This document shows positions 30,286 through 41,438 of a stretch of 64,000 nt of DNA, one piece after another; within the stretch, counting starts at the first letter, position 1; every line of letters begins with the position of its first letter. The stretch comes from Diplonema japonicum (lineage: Eukaryota; Protista; Euglenozoa: Diplonemea). Below the pieces are notes generated by a model, which was not told where the DNA came from, made no database searches, and saw only the letters and a program-made list of their open reading frames with translations. The translations under genes were made by a program, and so were the position numbers. The stretch spans positions 434,001 through 498,000 of the forward strand of contig OZ025685.1 in the NCBI GenBank assembly GCA_964019335.1. Reading direction: 5' to 3'.

Positions 30286-33200
30286 ATGAGCAGCGTCACG
30301 GTATCGAGAAGCCGGGCCGTGCGAGATGGCGCTAAGAAGGTAGCGAAACAGCATATGCTCAATGAAATGGTCTTCATCGAGGCACATGGTTGCGCATTGA
30401 CCGTAAAAGACGAAGACGACGAAGGCATGCTTTACCTGTTCAAGGAGCACATTGTCTATGCAAGTACAGAGTGGAAAAGCAGCTTCCTTCTTTATCCTGT
30501 GGAACAGGTGCAGGTAGAAAGCGCAACGCACGAAGGAATCCTCATGCAAGTAAAGGAGTCCGATAACACTCCTAGGTATTTGCGCTTCTCCGATATGGAC
30601 AGACCCGACGAAGTCGGACGGGTCATCCACTTCTTGAAATGTTGGAAAGAGAAGAACATCGATGGGAAGCTCGAACAAGCCTTGCAAAAAGTGCCCCTTG
30701 GTGGGGTATACGCCCGGTCGCTTATGCGATACCCGCAACACCACCACGATCTGTGGAATCTCTTTAATATGCACACCATCTTGCACCCTCCTGAAGACAG
30801 ACCTGTGCCTATCCCTGACCTGCCGGGCGACTGTTCGTTGGACAACAGCAACTTCGAAGCTGTGCTGGGGCATCACATGTGTTGGGGGCTTGACATACAT
30901 AAGATGGAACCCAAGGGGTTCATTACAGGGAAGTACGATGAGGGCCTTATCAAATCGATGGAGGGGGAGTTCATGCTGTACCTCACCACCACGTCGCTTT
31001 GCATACACGGAGAGCACAAACCCCTCCCGCTGCAGATTGCGTACAAAGGAATCCTCTCCGTGGTGGAGTACGCTGTGAAGGATGAGGAGGGCGCGTTGAT
31101 CCCCGCGATGCGCCTCAGCTACGTGTCGGACGACGAGATCTCCAACACATTCATTTTGTACCACTTCGAAACGGAGAGGGCGTTCGAGCTGTGCCTGCAC
31201 GAGACAACCCTGTCGTGGGCGCAGGAGCACAACAGAAACTACAACGTAGGCGAAGTATTCCCTGTGCTGGACAACGTTGACCTCATGTCCATTACGATGC
31301 ACTTCAGGCAACTAGACAAAGCGGGGTACGGAATCATCCCGAAGGAAGACTTCTGCAACTCACTAGTGACGCTTGACGGGAATCAGGACTTCGCAGATAT
31401 CATCTTCGAGATGTTCGACCAGACGGAATTGGACAGAGTGCAGTTCTCGAAGTATCTTGTTACGATGCGGACACTCTTGTCGGGGTCGGTGGAGGACAAG
31501 CTGGACTTGATCTTCGCGATGTTTGACTACCAAAGGCAAGGGTGGTTCGAGAGGAAAGAACTGCTGTGGATTTTGTCAGTGATGTCCCAGCCCCTCGATC
31601 CAGAGGTCCGCGAAGGCTACACTTTCAGGGACTTCACAAGGTGGCTGTTCGAGGTGATGGACAAAAACCGTGACGGGTTTATATCACATCAGGAATTCAT
31701 ACAAGCACTGCGAACAGATGAGGTGGTTCAGCGTGCCTTCCGCACGATGCACCTGTCCCCTCAGGTGCACCATCAGACAACAAACAGGCGAAGAGTCAGC
31801 AACCGGTACATATTTATGGGGCACCCCCACTGGAACCTCACGTGCTGCCTTCAACGCGGCATCGAGCTGTCGACAGCAAAGCTGAAGTTCGTTCGTGAAG
31901 AGGAAGATATCGACCCCTTCGATGAAATCATTCGCTATGATGTGGAGAGCCAGTCGCTCTACACCGAGCCCGATATCGAGTGGGGTTCCAATGCGCAGGT
32001 CCCTGAATGGGCCACCGACTTCGTGTTGGGGACCAAGGTAAAGCTCAAGGGAATCAGCAACCCGATGTACAACCATAGAACTGGCATTGTTACTGGTCTG
32101 GACTTGGAGATCGAGAGTGTCATAGTGTACCTCCCCGATCACGGCGCTCCTGTCAAAGTTGGTCCGCAGGAGCTGCAAATCCTTCGTCCTGCTGTCAAGA
32201 AGCCCGTCGTTATCCATGTGTCTCCCGGGTCAGAAATCGGTTTGTCTTTCCAGAAGCGTGAGGACGGCTTGGTACTCATCTCAGGCGTCACCCCTAATAG
32301 CAGGGCCCACCACGCAGGCATGCAAGCTGGCCACATCGTGGAAAGCATCAACCACTACAGAATGCCCAATGTCAAGGCTGTTGAGAACTTCTTGTACACA
32401 TGGCGACGCAGCGGTTCCAACCAGATTTATTTCTCGGTTGTGATCCCCGATGCAACCACGGAGGAAGAGTTCCTGCCCGGGTCGCGTGTGCAGCTGATAG
32501 GCCTGCAGAACCAAGCGTCGTACAACGGGAAGTGTGGTGTGGTGGTCTCGAAAGAGGGCGAGACGATCCAGATCCTCCTCGACGACATCGACATCCCCAA
32601 CGAGGTTCAGGCATCGAATCTTATCCCTTTGACGAACATTGTGAGGAAGAAGGTGAAACTGAATGTGCCGCCTGGGCAAGACTTTGGATTCAACTACGAC
32701 AGCAATGGGAGTGGTGCTGTGTATGTGAAGGGTGTAGTGCCGAAAGGCGCGGCAGACCGCGCTGGTCTGCCCGTCAGGTCGATCGTCACTGCTGTAGATG
32801 GCATTGCGACTCCCAGCGCTCTCATGCTGACACGAGCGATCGAAGAGTGGACAGCGTCAGGGTCAACAACCGCTGTACTGGACACACAGCAGCCGGGTGC
32901 CAAGCTGAACCAGACTATCGCAAAGACCACTCCAACAGGCTCTTCGTCACGCGTAGTCGTCTCCGACCACTGCCCACGTGTGTTCTCTAGCATCAGGGCG
33001 ATCCTTGGTATCACTGAGGAGGACTATCTTCACTCTGTCGGCCTTACCACGATCAAGGCAGGCCTCTTTACCGCGCATTTTAGAGGTTTGTGGGAGATGA
33101 AGCCCGGTGCCCTGTGGTTCGCGACACACGACGAGCAGTTCTACATCACAGGCCTCTCCTTGGAAGATCTGGAAAACTTCAGAATGATGCTCCCGCAGTA

Positions 33201-34425
33201 CCACGACCACTTGAAGAGAAACCCAGAGACGTTCTTGAGCAGGTACGTGGGGCTGCACTCGATGACCTGGAATGGGCAGGAGGTGTACTTCAGCGTCATG
33301 CAGAACGCGTTTCACTCCCCGCAGCAAGACGTGCACCAGATGGTGAGCGTGAGCCCTGCGAACTACCATGAATGGAATAAGTCGATCGGTGTTTCAGACA
33401 CCGTGAAGCAGACAATCATGACGCAGCTTCTGAATGACATGGAGATGCTTCGCGACAATGGCATCTGCAACTACGTGCTTGTGGTAGGTGTACATAGCGT
33501 GACGCACGATGACACGAAAAGTGCGGAACACAGGCTGCGCGACGCTGAGGAGCATGTGGTGGGGAACCCGTCATGGACGCAGGGGAAGGTCCTCGAGTCG
33601 TATCAAATCACAAGAAAGCTAGCACCAACGTTCTCGAGAAGCCACTTCGTACCGCTCCCGACGATTGACGAACGCAGCAGCACGCAAAAACACAAGTACA
33701 GACAACGCAGCAGATTCAACTCCGAGGCGGTGAAAAAAGAAGAGCAACAACGACGGAAAACACCATCGGTTGTGTCGCCGAGGAGGGAAGTCTCCCCTGA
33801 GGCGAACCCGGAAGGGTGGACCTGTTCATTCTGCGGGACGCAAAACGCATGGAAATGCACGCCAGGACACTCGCGAAAACCTCTGGTGCTGGATATCAAA
33901 ACAACCCCGGGCTGCTCAGGGTGCTACAGAAACTACTCAGAGGCCGTGCTACAACCAGGGGACATCATGCCAGTAGGAGTAATGCCAGACCAAGGCGACC
34001 ATGTTGAAAAACTCTATATCAGGGGATCTGTGAAGGCGGCAATCCAACCAGAGGCAGCGTACATTGATACAGATGACGAGAGCACAGAGGCTTCTGAAGA
34101 TGCTCCTGAGCCGACGGAGCCGGACGTGAATAGCGTAGCACGGAGGAGAAAGAGGTTACCGTTACAAGTGGTATGCGCAAGAAAGAAAAATGCATTACTC
34201 ATATAACAGAAGAACAGTATCAACCGGGAGGCCTTCCAGCAGAAGAATGGTGGTTTCCCTGGTGCCACAGTGCACAAAAACGGTATTCTCAGCATCGTCG
34301 CTGACACCAAGTCCAACCTCTACTACTTCGGACTTGTTGACATCTTGAAGACGGGCCCCAGACCTGACGACGAAGAGCGGTATGCGCTGTCGTTCAGGGA
34401 TATGCTGGACAAGATATTTTCGTAA
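30286..34425 (+). CDS. Multidomain EF-hand / KOW / PDZ / PIP-kinase-like protein, probably a pseudokinase; exons 30286-34170, 34210-34425
   Basis: EF hands (e.g. DKNRDGFISHQEF); PIPK segments GHPHWNL..LQRGI, DHCPRVFSSIR..GI, P.TFLSRYVGLH and YYFGLVDIL..YALSF (last exon); two PDZ-like and two KOW-like modules. Intron 34171-34209 (GTATGC..TAACAG). Confidence 0.82.
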
Positions 34426-34695
34426 GTTTTTTTTTTTGTGATTTATATTTTTCTTTTTATTGTCGATAATTATATTTTGGAAGGAGTTACCCCCCCCCCC
34501 CCCCCCCCCTCCCTGATGCCTGGGTTCCAACAAAAAAAAAAGGAAAAAAGGGCCAGGGACTTTCTTTTTTCTTCCCCTTTCGAGTATAGAAAACCAATGT
34601 ATTTTCTTTTCTTTTTTTTTTTTTTTTTTCCCCTCGTTTTTGTTACCTATTATTTCCATCAATCAATAATACTAAAAAAAAAAAAAAGTTCTCCA

Positions 34696-35226
34696 ATGAC
34701 CATCGATGTCGCTGTGACGGTGCTACCAACGAGGGAGAAGCACGTGCTGAGCTTAGGGGTCGAGACTACATTGGGTGGGCTACGCAGCAACATAGACGAA
34801 GTGACAAGCTTGAGGTGCTATGATATTGAACACGAGGGTGAGACACTGCATGAAAAACAGGACGCACAGTTCTTGAGTGATATTGGTGTGACAGACGAGG
34901 TCACTGTCAGAGTCTCTGAAGAGAAAGCAGCGAAACGGTATCTTTACAAAAACAACATTGACATCAGCCCTCACTCTGTTCTGAGCGCTGCCCACCGGGG
35001 GAATGTGACTGCCCTCAAGAACCTCCTTGCATGCAATGTCACCTTCGACGGCAAAACCGCCTTGGGCGCCACGCCGCTTATACTAAGTTCGAAGTACGGA
35101 CACCTAGCCTGCTGCAAGCTCCTCCTTTCAGCAGGTGCCAAGCCGTGCAGTACCGCGATCAGTCTTGCGCGAAATGGATTGCATACTTCCGTCGCAGATC
35201 TTCTTGAATCCTATCTCGAAGCATGA
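34696..35226 (+). CDS. Ubiquitin-like N-terminus plus ankyrin repeats
   Basis: UBL-like pattern (TTLGGLR..LSDIGV); ankyrin motifs AAHRGN and GATPLILSSKYGHLACCKLLLSAGA. Confidence 0.8.
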   Translation: MTIDVAVTVLPTREKHVLSLGVETTLGGLRSNIDEVTSLRCYDIEHEGETLHEKQDAQFLSDIGVTDEVTVRVSEEKAAKRYLYKNNIDISPHSVLSAAHRGNVTALKNLLACNVTFDGKTALGATPLILSSKYGHLACCKLLLSAGAKPCSTAISLARNGLHTSVADLLESYLEA

Positions 35227-35270
35227 TTTATTTTTCTTTCCCTAGCCTGCTTTGCGTTTTCTTTTTTTTC

Positions 35271-36823
35271 TAAAGGGGGGGCCCGAATAATTCCCTCCCA
35301 AATAATGTGTTTTTTCCCAAATAATTCTTTTTTTTTTCAGGGATTTTTCCACTCCAAATTTCCCAAATAATTCCCGACTCCCTTTCTTTTTTTTTTTGGG
35401 GGGGACCAGGGGGATGGGGGGGTCACATGGTAGTCGTACAACAGGTTTTTCTCAGTTACGCCTGTGCAGGGTACTAGCCTACCTAACCCCTTTTTTGACC
35501 AAAAAGTCGATTTCCGCCTGGTTTTGGGCACTTACAAGCAATTCCTTTGCATTTTGAACAGGGACCACGGGGGTTAGCACCTGGGGGTTATTGTGGGAGA
35601 CTATTTTTCTTAACGCAAGAAGCTAGATGGTTCGTGATGAATGTTCAAAATTTCATAGAACTACTTAGAGGCGCTTTGTGGGTGGCCCGGGTGCTTCTGC
35701 GTTGCCGGAGGGGCACGTGGATTCATGTGTTGACAACTTATCCAGTATTTGCTTTCTTTCATGGCCCGCAATGTCAATATTCCATTCCTGAGCAAGATCC
35801 CAAAGCTGTGCCGTAGCCCACTGGCGGTATTGTGAGGCTGCTTAAGCAAGTAAGAGTGCTGGCCCGGCGAGCTACGAGGCAAAAACCTTATTTTCTTCTA
35901 GAAGATGAGAAATATATTATAGTGCAACATGATCAGACTGGAACGGCCGCCCCGGGGCATCCTCTGCTCAACCCGGCGGACGTGGGAGGCCCTTCTTCGG
36001 AAGGTGCCAGTCGCTTGACCAGTGCTTGTCGAATGCGCGCTATATTTTATTAGTACAAATATAACAATCGATTGAAAAGGAAAAGTACGTATTGTGAAGC
36101 TGCTTCTGTGTGGCACCGGCGATTCAGACCTCCCGCCATTTTGAGGGGTTAGGGGGGGCTGCGGCATGCCCCAAGCAGCCGAGGCGGGACGTTGGTTGAT
36201 GAATGCAGCAGAGCGCCGAATCAACATGGCACTGTGGGTAGGGCAGGCACATGAGAAAGGTCATGCAACTGCTCGGCACCTTTAGCTGTATGCGATCTCG
36301 CGGCTACCTTCCAGGTAGTTCCGAGGAGACCATACAGCTGAGGGCACTTAGCGAAGTAAGCACTTTGAAGGAGTCGGGCTTTAGACAGTGCAGCACAGAA
36401 CATTGTTGCGGGTGTTACAATGGACACTGCACCTGACGAGACTCTAGCAGCCTCCCAAGCCCTTGCAGCTTCTCAAGCCCTGACAGTTTCTCAAGCCTCT
36501 CAGACCCCTGCAACCTCCCAGCAACCACCTAACGCCAAAACCAGGCGGTTTGTCTGCAACGTTTGTGGGTTCTCCACAGCCTGGGAGAAAAACTGTTAAA
36601 AGATTTCCCTTGGAAAAAAAAAGGGCATGAAAAATCTTGGCACGATTTGGCATGTTAAGATTTCCGAAGTGCTCTAAGCCCCGCTCCCTGCTTTCCATGT
36701 GGCAGGCTCCCCAGCCCAAATAAGTACAACCCAAATAAGTGTATTCCAAATAATTCTTTTTTTTTTTGGAGCCCAAACACCCCCCCTCCACTGCCCAAAG
36801 GGATTATTCGGGGGGGCCCTTTA
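35271..36823. mobile_element. Composite non-autonomous TIR element (Tc1/mariner-like, TA-flanked) with CCCAAATAA arrays and internal decayed sequence
   Basis: Left end TAAAGGGGGGGCCCGAATAATTCCC; right end GGGATTATTCGGGGGGGCCCTTTA. CCCAAATAA copies at about 35297, 35316, 35362, 36715, 36730 and 36745. Confidence 0.55.
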
Positions 36824-37024
36824 CCTTTTTTTTTTTTTTTTTTTTTTTTTTTGTTATTCCACAACAAGAAGACGACGCACCGTTCTTTTTTTTTTTGTTT
36901 TTGTTTTGTTTTGTTTTTTTGTTTCGTTCCGCAAAAAAAAAGGAAAAGGAAATATTCAAAAACGCGGAAGGGTGAAGGGTAAGGGGAATAATAATAACAA
37001 AAGAAAAAAAAAATAATAAAAGAA

Positions 37025-38044
37025 ATGAGTACCGACGCTGACATGAAGATATACCAGCGTAGGGGGCACCTCGGCAGGGCCTTCCCACGTGTGCAGCCCT
37101 ACTTACTAAACTGTTGCGCAAACGATTCCTTCGGTTTGGACTTGGAGGGGATGCTGAAGTTGATGAAAGAGAAGTGGCTTCCGATGGAAGAACGGCTCAC
37201 GTCCGAAAGGGCGAAGCTGGTGGCTGTTCTGGAGGAGAACCCGCCCAGCTGCTACGTCGAGGAAGAGGAAGGTTCCGGGGAAAAAAAAGCGGTAAAAAAA
37301 AAGAAGAGCCGGCTGCAGGGCGGCGGTGGGGTTACAAAGAAGGTCAGCAAGCCAGCACCCAAGCAAGGCGGGGAATGGGCCCCAACATCAGAACAAGCTG
37401 TTGCGGTAGCACGGCCTATTGGAAAATCAAAGATTGACGTGATCCGCCCTGGGTTAGTAATCATGAAAAAGATCATCCCTCTTGAAGCACAGCAGCACTT
37501 CGCAGACGTCTCTGTCTCCTTGGGAACCCCTACCAACGGACTGTCAGGCGGATGGTACACCGCCGACAAGTCAGGTGGGAAGAACTGGAACACCGGAGAG
37601 GGATGGGGGCAGATGACAGAGTCCATGAAATCCTTCCCAAAGCAGTACCGGGACCTCTGCTCGAATTTCCTTAGAATGGCCACCGCCAGCACAGACCTCC
37701 CATGGATGGACCCTGATCTCGTTCTCCTCAACTTCTACACCCCCGAGAACCCAGGTATCTACTGGCACCGCGACAATTCTGCACAAGAAAAGCGTTCTGT
37801 GGAACTTGGTCTTCCTGTTGTCTCAGTTTCTATAGGCGACTCCTGCGTCTTTGCCTGGCACCCTGAACCCGAGAACCCTGTCCAGGAGCTTGTTCTTGAC
37901 TCAGGAGATGTGCTCATCTTTGGCGGCCCCTCGCGACTCATCCTCCACTCCGTCCCTAAGATCTACGCAAACACCGCGCCCAAGGGACTAAAAATGCCGA
38001 AGGGAAGGCTAAACATCACCTTCCGAGACCAAAGCACGGCGTGA
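37025..38044 (+). CDS. AlkB-family 2OG-Fe(II) dioxygenase
   Basis: LLNFY, HRD, PVVSVSIG, LDSGDVLIFGG.SR..LHSV, RLNITFR. Confidence 0.92.
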   Translation: MSTDADMKIYQRRGHLGRAFPRVQPYLLNCCANDSFGLDLEGMLKLMKEKWLPMEERLTSERAKLVAVLEENPPSCYVEEEEGSGEKKAVKKKKSRLQGGGGVTKKVSKPAPKQGGEWAPTSEQAVAVARPIGKSKIDVIRPGLVIMKKIIPLEAQQHFADVSVSLGTPTNGLSGGWYTADKSGGKNWNTGEGWGQMTESMKSFPKQYRDLCSNFLRMATASTDLPWMDPDLVLLNFYTPENPGIYWHRDNSAQEKRSVELGLPVVSVSIGDSCVFAWHPEPENPVQELVLDSGDVLIFGGPSRLILHSVPKIYANTAPKGLKMPKGRLNITFRDQSTA

Positions 38045-38566
38045 CACCCCTTCCCCCCAGGTAGCCCCCATTTTTTCCGCACCTTACCTTCAGGGGAATG
38101 GGGGGGTTTTTATCTTTTATTTTATTTTTTGACATCGACAAGAAGGCGGTGAGGATCAAGCGGATCCTGGATACGCTGCAAGCGACATGGATGAGGGAGA
38201 AGAGGAGACGCGCTTTTCCGGCGCAGTCATGCAAGAACGTGAGATCACTACGATCCATTGGCCGCGACCACGTCGTTGGCTTTGATAGGAGGGCCCTGTT
38301 TGCATCGGGGCTGACGGCGACCAAGCTGAAAGGACTGAGAGAAGATTACCGGAAAGAAAGGATTGGAAGATATAAACGACAGCTAGGCACTACGGTGGGT
38401 AGCTGGGAACGACCCCAAAAGGGGAGCATCATAAGGTAGGCACGCCGGTTTTGTTGCGGTTGACGTTTGGTCTAAAAGCAATTTTTTTAAAAAAAAGGAG
38501 GGGGGTGGGGTGGAGGAGGAAAGGTGGCTCCAAAACGTTATTAGAAATAAGAAGAAGAGAACAAAA

Positions 38567-41270
38567 ATGGCAATGCCGACCACGTTGTGGGAGGAGATGC
38601 TGCAGCGGTTGCGAGTGGAGAACACGAGTCTCAGCGAAATAGGAATGTGCACGGAAGAGGTAATAGGAGAAGTCCTCCGGGATTTGGGGTTCAGCGGGCT
38701 TCAAAGGGCGAAGCTCCAGACGGAGTGGGCAAAGAGAGTGACGGGAGTGGCTGTGGAGAGAAACGTGCTGATGGACGGAGAGTACGGGACACGGGGACTG
38801 GAAGTGGCACGCGTAGACAGGGTGACGAACCCTTTCTGCGAAGAGAAGCTGCAGCATCACTGCGAATCGACGTCGGAGAGCTACTCTAAGCTGTGGCTGC
38901 GGCCCGACTACGGCAACGTAGATGTTGATGATGTGCTGCTGAGCGGCTTCACTACGGAGATGAGCCCCGTCTATGTGTCCATGCTCCCTCCGCCGCAATC
39001 TTCCCGCATCCTCCTCTGCAAGGTGATAACCACTTCCCTCACTGACACCTACGAGGACGGCCACCTCTATGCAATTCACAACCCTTACCAGATTGCTCCT
39101 TGCTACCTTCTCTCCATCCGCACCTCTGTCGCTCGTGACCGTCCTGTTGTCCACAGGGAACTTGTGTCTCCTTCTTTCGACAGGCACACCTCACCTTTCA
39201 GGACTGCTCCCGAAGTCGTCCCCGAACCTGTCATGGAACGGATCCCACCACCACCTCCTCTCCTCTCACAGCCTCTTGTGGCAAGATGCACCAAAGATGA
39301 TACCCTCCGGCTTTTAAATAGCACAAAGAAGCTTATGTCTGTCATGTCCAAGCCTGTGGTCTACCGGCCTCCCCCCATGCCCCTGTCGCCTGTTCAAATA
39401 GAAGAAGCGAAGCGTTATGCCGAAATGGAGATCAGGCCGCCAACACCACCTCAACAGGAAAAGGTAGCGGAGGAGGAAGAAGAAAGGGAAGGGGAGGAGA
39501 ACGAAGGAGAAGAAAACAATGACAACGATGAGGAAGGCACCGTCAGGGGTAGCGAGAGGAAGGATGCACGTCTGACTATCAGGTCAGAAATCGTCCTTCC
39601 CACTCCTGCGTCCATGCCGGCCTCAACGGGCACCCGGCCAGGTACCGCCACACGTGGCACCATCGAAAGTGTACGCCCGACGACCACAGCCACCAGCAGC
39701 AACCGCCAAACCATGGACACTTCGATGCGGCAGACAACAGCTTCTGCGCGTGCTACTGGAAGCACCCATTTACCTGTCACCACCAACCCTGACCGGTCAA
39801 GCAGGCAGACTGCCACGAACGAAGCACCGACACCTTTGCGCACAGAGGGCTCTGACGAGGAGGACCCCGACTTTGCTTCTAGCCTGAAGAGGTCCTTTGT
39901 GCGGTCATCCATGAAGACGGGTGACAGTCAAGGACTGAAGACGGTGGTTTTGGGAGACTTCGCACTGCAACCAGCTTCGCGAACGGAGTCCGAAGCTTCC
40001 GAGTCCAACAGGCTGTCGTTGGGGGATAACCCTAAACTGCTGCAGACTATGGGGGCCTCGACCATGGACGGCGAGTCCCCGAAGGTCAGTATACAGGCTC
40101 CAGATGAGCTAGTCCCCGTGCTGTACGTTGACACGACGATGGTAGCTGAAGAGCCTGTGCCCTCAGCTGCTTCAGCATCGGCCACTCCTGTGTTACCTAC
40201 TCCCACAGCTCTCACACCTGCAATAACCTCAGTGCAAAGCACCACCGCATCGATCAAGAACCACAATGCACCATATGTCGGCGTAGCCCAGTCTGCGACC
40301 ATCTCCTCTGTGCACACGTCGCCCCTCGTCCCGGAGATACCAGAGCGGCCGCCGCCTGGAAGGCTGGATGAATACAACAACATGTTCAAGCAGAACGTGG
40401 GGCCTATCAAAAAGGCGCTTGCAACAGGGAACCCTGAGGACGTAGTGCAGGAGGCGGTAGATATGGGGTACTCGTTCCCCATGCCGCCCAGCCCGACACC
40501 GAAGCTGAACCCAACTACACTAGGAGAGCCACAAGATGAGAACGAGGAGGTTGAAGAGCCGAAGGTGAGGCCCATGGAGGAATGGGAGATCAAGGTGCAG
40601 CACGCGCTGAGCCGCATCAAGACGCTGAACGTGAACCAGAAGCCGATGCATGTGAAGCGGAGCGGCGTGCTAGCTAACTGCTTCACGCCTGGATCGGCGT
40701 ACACAGGACGCAGCGAGCCCATCCCTGCTGCAATCACACCGTCGGCATATATGAACGCACCGCACATTAAAACACCGCCGAACAACGGGAAGAGCTTCCT
40801 GGTGGAGTCATCTCCAGAACCAAGGCATGTGAGCCCTGTGCGGAACGGTCCAAGCATGAAGTCGCACGCGAAGACGACAGAGACAGTCGACGTGACACAA
40901 GGGCTGCTGGGCACCGTGGCAGGGTACGGGGGTGGCGAAGGTGTTCTGTCTGAGCCGCCGCCGCCTCACCTGGGGATGGACTTCGGTGAGACACTCATGG
41001 TATGGGTTCTTGTGTAGAAACCTTTTCACTTCATTACAACCGCAGAAAATCGAAGCGTGCACAAAGGCTGACTTCGACGCAGTCTCCTCAAAGATCGAGA
41101 CTCTAAAGGGAAAGATGGAAGCCACCCACCAATCATGGACAACGACATCGCCCATAAAACTAGCGGCCGACAGGTGGAGGGGTGCCGAGCTGCCTGGAGG
41201 GCTGTGGGGACCGACGTATAAAGCTACGGCTGCCGACTACCATAAGGTGCTGGAGCCTCGGGGTTTTTGA
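38567..41270 (+). CDS. Protein with degenerate PARP/ART-like N-terminal domain and long low-complexity tail; exons 38567-40999, 41046-41270
   Basis: RVDRVTNP, VDDVLLSGF, ILLCKV and YAIHNPYQIAPCYLL resemble the PARP catalytic scaffold. Intron 41000-41045 (GTATGG..CCGCAG) restores the frame. Confidence 0.7.
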
Positions 41271-41438
41271 TTCCCCTCCACCCCCCTCCCCTTTTTTTAC
41301 TCTTTTGTTAATCTCCACTTCTCTTGTTGTTGTAATCCACTCCCCCCTTCTGTACAGGCTATTCTTTTTCGCTTTTTTTTTTTTTTTTTTCCATTATCAT
41401 CACCACATTGCATAGGAGGGAGGGGAAGGTTTACAGCG

